Program-made: the position numbers and the translations under genes | The notes under the pieces: generated by a model | What the model was told of the DNA's origin: nothing | Database searches by the model: none | The model's input: only the letters and a program-made list of their open reading frames with translations | From: Methanosarcinales archaeon | Lineage (GTDB): Archaea; Halobacteriota; Methanosarcinia; Methanosarcinales; Methanocomedenaceae | NCBI GenBank assembly: GCA_023136155.1 | Contig: JAGLRT010000009.1 | Coordinates: 1-41,521 of the forward strand | Direction of reading: 5' to 3' | Length of the DNA: 41,521 nucleotides | Part shown: positions 39,379 to 41,521 of the stretch, piece after piece | How the letters are laid out: every line of letters begins with the position of its first letter | Position numbering within the stretch: the first letter of the stretch is position 1

Positions 39379-39690
39379 ATGGCACAGAAAGCAAGGATTA
39401 GATTAACTGGGACACTCCCGGCAACCCTGGATAGTGTATGTGAACAGGTCAAGAATATTGCAACAAAGACGGGTGTGAACATGGCTGGCCCCATACCCAT
39501 GCCTACGAAGAAACTGATGGTACCAACCTTGAAGAGTCCGGACGGAGAGGGTACTTCCACCTGGGACCACTGGGAGATGAGGGTGCACAAGCGGCTTATT
39601 GACCTTGATGCAGACGAGCGGGCGTTGCGTCAGCTTATGCGTATACAGGTTCCAAAGGATATCAGCATAGAGATAGTGTTGACTTCTTAG
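39379..39690 (+). CDS. rps10: 30S ribosomal protein S10 (uS10)
   Basis: [28 protein letters not shown]...; conserved position after tuf. Confidence 0.95.
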   Translation: MAQKARIRLTGTLPATLDSVCEQVKNIATKTGVNMAGPIPMPTKKLMVPTLKSPDGEGTSTWDHWEMRVHKRLIDLDADERALRQLMRIQVPKDISIEIVLTS

Positions 39691-39746
39691 ATGTTTTTGC
39701 GGTGGTTTTGATACTGTGGGTCTTTGCAGACCGATAATTGAGACAG

Positions 39747-39792
39747 GATTGGGGAGGTAACCCAATCTTGATTATTCTTACCTTTTATTTTT
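39747..39792 (+). terminator. Hairpin (GATTGGG/CCCAATC) followed by T-rich tract, downstream of oligo-T runs at 39693-39708
   Basis: A 7-bp stem with a 7-nt loop, then CTTTTATTTTT. It lies at the end of the rps10 transcription unit. Confidence 0.3.
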
Positions 39793-39809
39793 AGTATGGT
39801 GAAAAAAGC

Positions 39810-40274
39810 ATGATTATAGGTTTTCAGGTAAATCAGATTGAATCAAAGTCGTTTACAGGTGCTGAAAGTGCCAGGCAGAACAAGAGTATTAATATTAATT
39901 TTGATATCAACATAAGAAATCCCACTTTGGTTGAGCAGAACACTCCTTTTGGTAAAAAGCAGGTGATAAAGTTGGAGTTTGCAATGTCCATCAATTATTT
40001 GAATCCAAATATCGGTTATATCAGGTTTGAGGGAAGCACGGATTATTACCAGGAGGGTGACCTGGAGGCGATGCACAAGGAGTGGACCGGTGGGTCTGCA
40101 CCGACCAATGTGCAAAATGAGATTGCTAATACTATGGTAAACAATCTGGCACCCCTGGCATTGACCATGTCAAAGACACTGGGTCTGCCGCCTGCTGTAC
40201 CGCTGCCAGCTATTAACTTCAAGGGCAAACAGGCAGTTAAGAAGCCTGATGAGCCTACGTATTATCACGGGTGA
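39810..40274 (+). CDS. Hypothetical protein, 154 aa, unknown function
   Basis: The SD GGTGA lies 7 nt upstream of the ATG. Composition is protein-like and the C-terminus is proline-rich (LGLPPAVPLPAINFKG). I recognise no family with confidence. Confidence 0.6.
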   Translation: MIIGFQVNQIESKSFTGAESARQNKSININFDINIRNPTLVEQNTPFGKKQVIKLEFAMSINYLNPNIGYIRFEGSTDYYQEGDLEAMHKEWTGGSAPTNVQNEIANTMVNNLAPLALTMSKTLGLPPAVPLPAINFKGKQAVKKPDEPTYYHG

Positions 40275-40638
40275 TCAAGGAAATTTTTAAAGTCTTGCAG
40301 CGTATAGAGGATTACGTTGTTCAGGCTGGCGAACTCCTCTGCTTTTTTTGTAAAACCTGACTTTGATATCACAACAAAAAATTCAGTTCTATAAAGTGGA
40401 TACCCCATTTTCTATAATTAATATTCCAATCTACAAACCTTGACTTATCTATCAAGGTAGTAAGCACATCTATACAAGTTTTGCGGTTTTGCCACTTACA
40501 TTCTCCAAAAAGGATATTCTTTGAATATTCATCAGTGGCAATGATCTCGATTTCATGTCCTTTGCGCCACCATCGACCAATTTTAGAAAATATGAACGGA
40601 AGTTTGTTGTGTGTGTTAATCTTGAAAATGACACCCAT
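40265..40638 (-). pseudogene. Remnant of an archaeal AAA ATPase/DUF234-family gene (C-terminal part only, frameshifted)
   Basis: IGRWWRKGHEIEIIATDEYSKNILFGECKWQNRK is a DUF234-type motif. A second frame continues with EFFVVISKSGFTKKAEEFASLNNVILYTLQDF* ending at 40265. The ATPase domain is absent because the next gene starts at 40758. Confidence 0.6.
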
Positions 40639-40757
40639 GCTAAACTAACACAAAAGCGCAGGGAGTTCGTGCAGGCTTGCTGTAAGTATATAGAGGATTT
40701 CGGATTCGAGTGGGTGGAGGAGTTCACTTTGAATGGGGCGTGAGGTTGATATCTGAT

Positions 40758-41192
40758 TTATATCAATCCAGCCAGATATGCTACAACTAAATACCTTATA
40801 AATTTTCCAATGAATACGTATATTGAAAAAATAACAAAATTAAGTTTAAATATTCCACCAATTGCCGCTATAGCATCTCCAACAAGTGGAAGCCATGTGA
40901 ACAATAATATTGGAGCCCCATACTTTTTGAATATTTGTTCTCCTCTTTTGAGTTCACTTTGTTTCATACGCAAGTATTTTTCCAGATATTTTTCACGCCC
41001 CAGCCAGCCCAGCAGATAGGTGGTGAAAGCTCCAAGATAATTCCCTATTGAGGCAATAATTACAACAGTTCCAATGTTGTGACCTTGTGTGATAAGGTAA
41101 ACTACTAAGGCTTCTGAACCCAGAGGAAATATAGTAGAAGCAAGGAAGCTTGTGAAAAATAGACTTACATAAAGCGGGATGGTTTCTAACAT
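40758..41192 (-). CDS. Small DedA-superfamily membrane protein (YqaA-like)
   Basis: It is 144 aa with 4 predicted TM segments. Motifs FPLGSEALVVYL...GNYLGAFTTYLLGWLG...YGAPILLFTWLPLVGDAIAAIGG are typical of YqaA/DedA. Confidence 0.7.
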   Translation of the reverse strand: MLETIPLYVSLFFTSFLASTIFPLGSEALVVYLITQGHNIGTVVIIASIGNYLGAFTTYLLGWLGREKYLEKYLRMKQSELKRGEQIFKKYGAPILLFTWLPLVGDAIAAIGGIFKLNFVIFSIYVFIGKFIRYLVVAYLAGLI

Positions 41193-41324
41193 GTTGGTTA
41201 TCTGTCATGGTTTATGGATTCTTAATGGTTGCTGGGATTATATGATAAAAGTAGGTTTCTTGTGCTTCAAGGCACGCCCATTCACGAACCCAGAGCTGAA
41301 GAGCAGCCTGAATATATTGAATTA

Positions 41325-41457
41325 ACATGTGGAATAACTTTATTCATTTATTCTAATCTAACTTATGAAATAAATACAGCATAATGCTGCATAGCGTTTT
41401 AGTTATCAACGTTTATTGAAATGTACAGGTATCATCACTTTTCTGATAATCTCACGA
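41325..41457 (-). repeat. MITE-like repeat, family 2, copy C (diverged)
   Basis: The reverse complement GAGATTATCAGAAAAGTGATGATAC...AACGTTGATAAC...TATGCAGCATTATGCTGTATTTATTT aligns by eye with copies A and B. The termini are degenerate. Confidence 0.5.
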
Positions 41458-41521
41458 AAAAAATCTATTTTTTTTCAAAAACCGCTAAGTGATAGTACCC
41501 CAGACTATTAAAAGGAAACAA

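Noticed and set aside
40555-40743. 62-aa plus-strand ORF (…FGFEWVEEFTLNGA)
   Set aside because: It is short, lacks an SD, and overlaps the DUF234 pseudogene region on the opposite strand. The evidence is insufficient.
1-41521. Search by eye for CRISPR arrays, transposases or integrases, toxin-antitoxin pairs, restriction-modification or other defence operons, and in-frame TAG (pyrrolysine) genes
   Set aside because: I saw no regularly spaced direct repeats, no recombinase-like ORF and no defence-type domain. Every large ORF is accounted for by housekeeping or accessory metabolic functions. A computational repeat and HMM scan would be needed to exclude them formally.

Overview
This window is an archaeal chromosomal segment. 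It looks like a Methanosarcinales-type methanogen, based on the split rpoB''/rpoB' genes, an MCR component A2-like double ABC ATPase, an Hps-RraA fusion, and a BHB-type tRNA intron. This taxonomic placement is inference only.

The right half (about 26.1-39.7 kb) is the conserved information-processing cluster: tRNA-Lys(UUU, with intron), rpoH, rpoB'', rpoB', rpoA', rpoA'', L30e, NusA, S12, S7, aEF-2, aEF-1alpha, S10.

The left half carries housekeeping genes:
- a LeuA/CimA-family synthase
- a truA-trm11-RNase III RNA-processing cluster
- SppA
- an AtwA-like ATPase
- carB
- an Hps-RraA fusion
- Trm5, NMD3, PCNA and PriL

These genes are interrupted by two AT-rich accessory cassettes, each bounded by short non-coding repeats with terminal inverted repeats, which I read as MITE-like elements.
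- Family 1 is 101 bp, with two direct copies at 5362 and 9214. The copies flank a PLP decarboxylase, an AlkD-like protein and a DAG-kinase-like protein, and sit beside a degraded alanine/glycine:cation symporter (AGCS) gene.
- Family 2 is about 132-139 bp, with copies at 12512, 16392 and 41325 plus a 30-bp mini-copy at 9146. The first two copies are inverted and flank a beta-propeller lipoprotein and a two-module U32 Fe-S-type protein.

I did not find a CRISPR array, integrase, transposase, toxin-antitoxin pair or recognisable defence operon. The most unusual signals are the MITE-bounded cassettes, a bacterial-type RNase III, the tandem U32 protein, and a small conserved unknown gene after rps10. 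All functional calls come from by-eye motif recognition. No database search was run.
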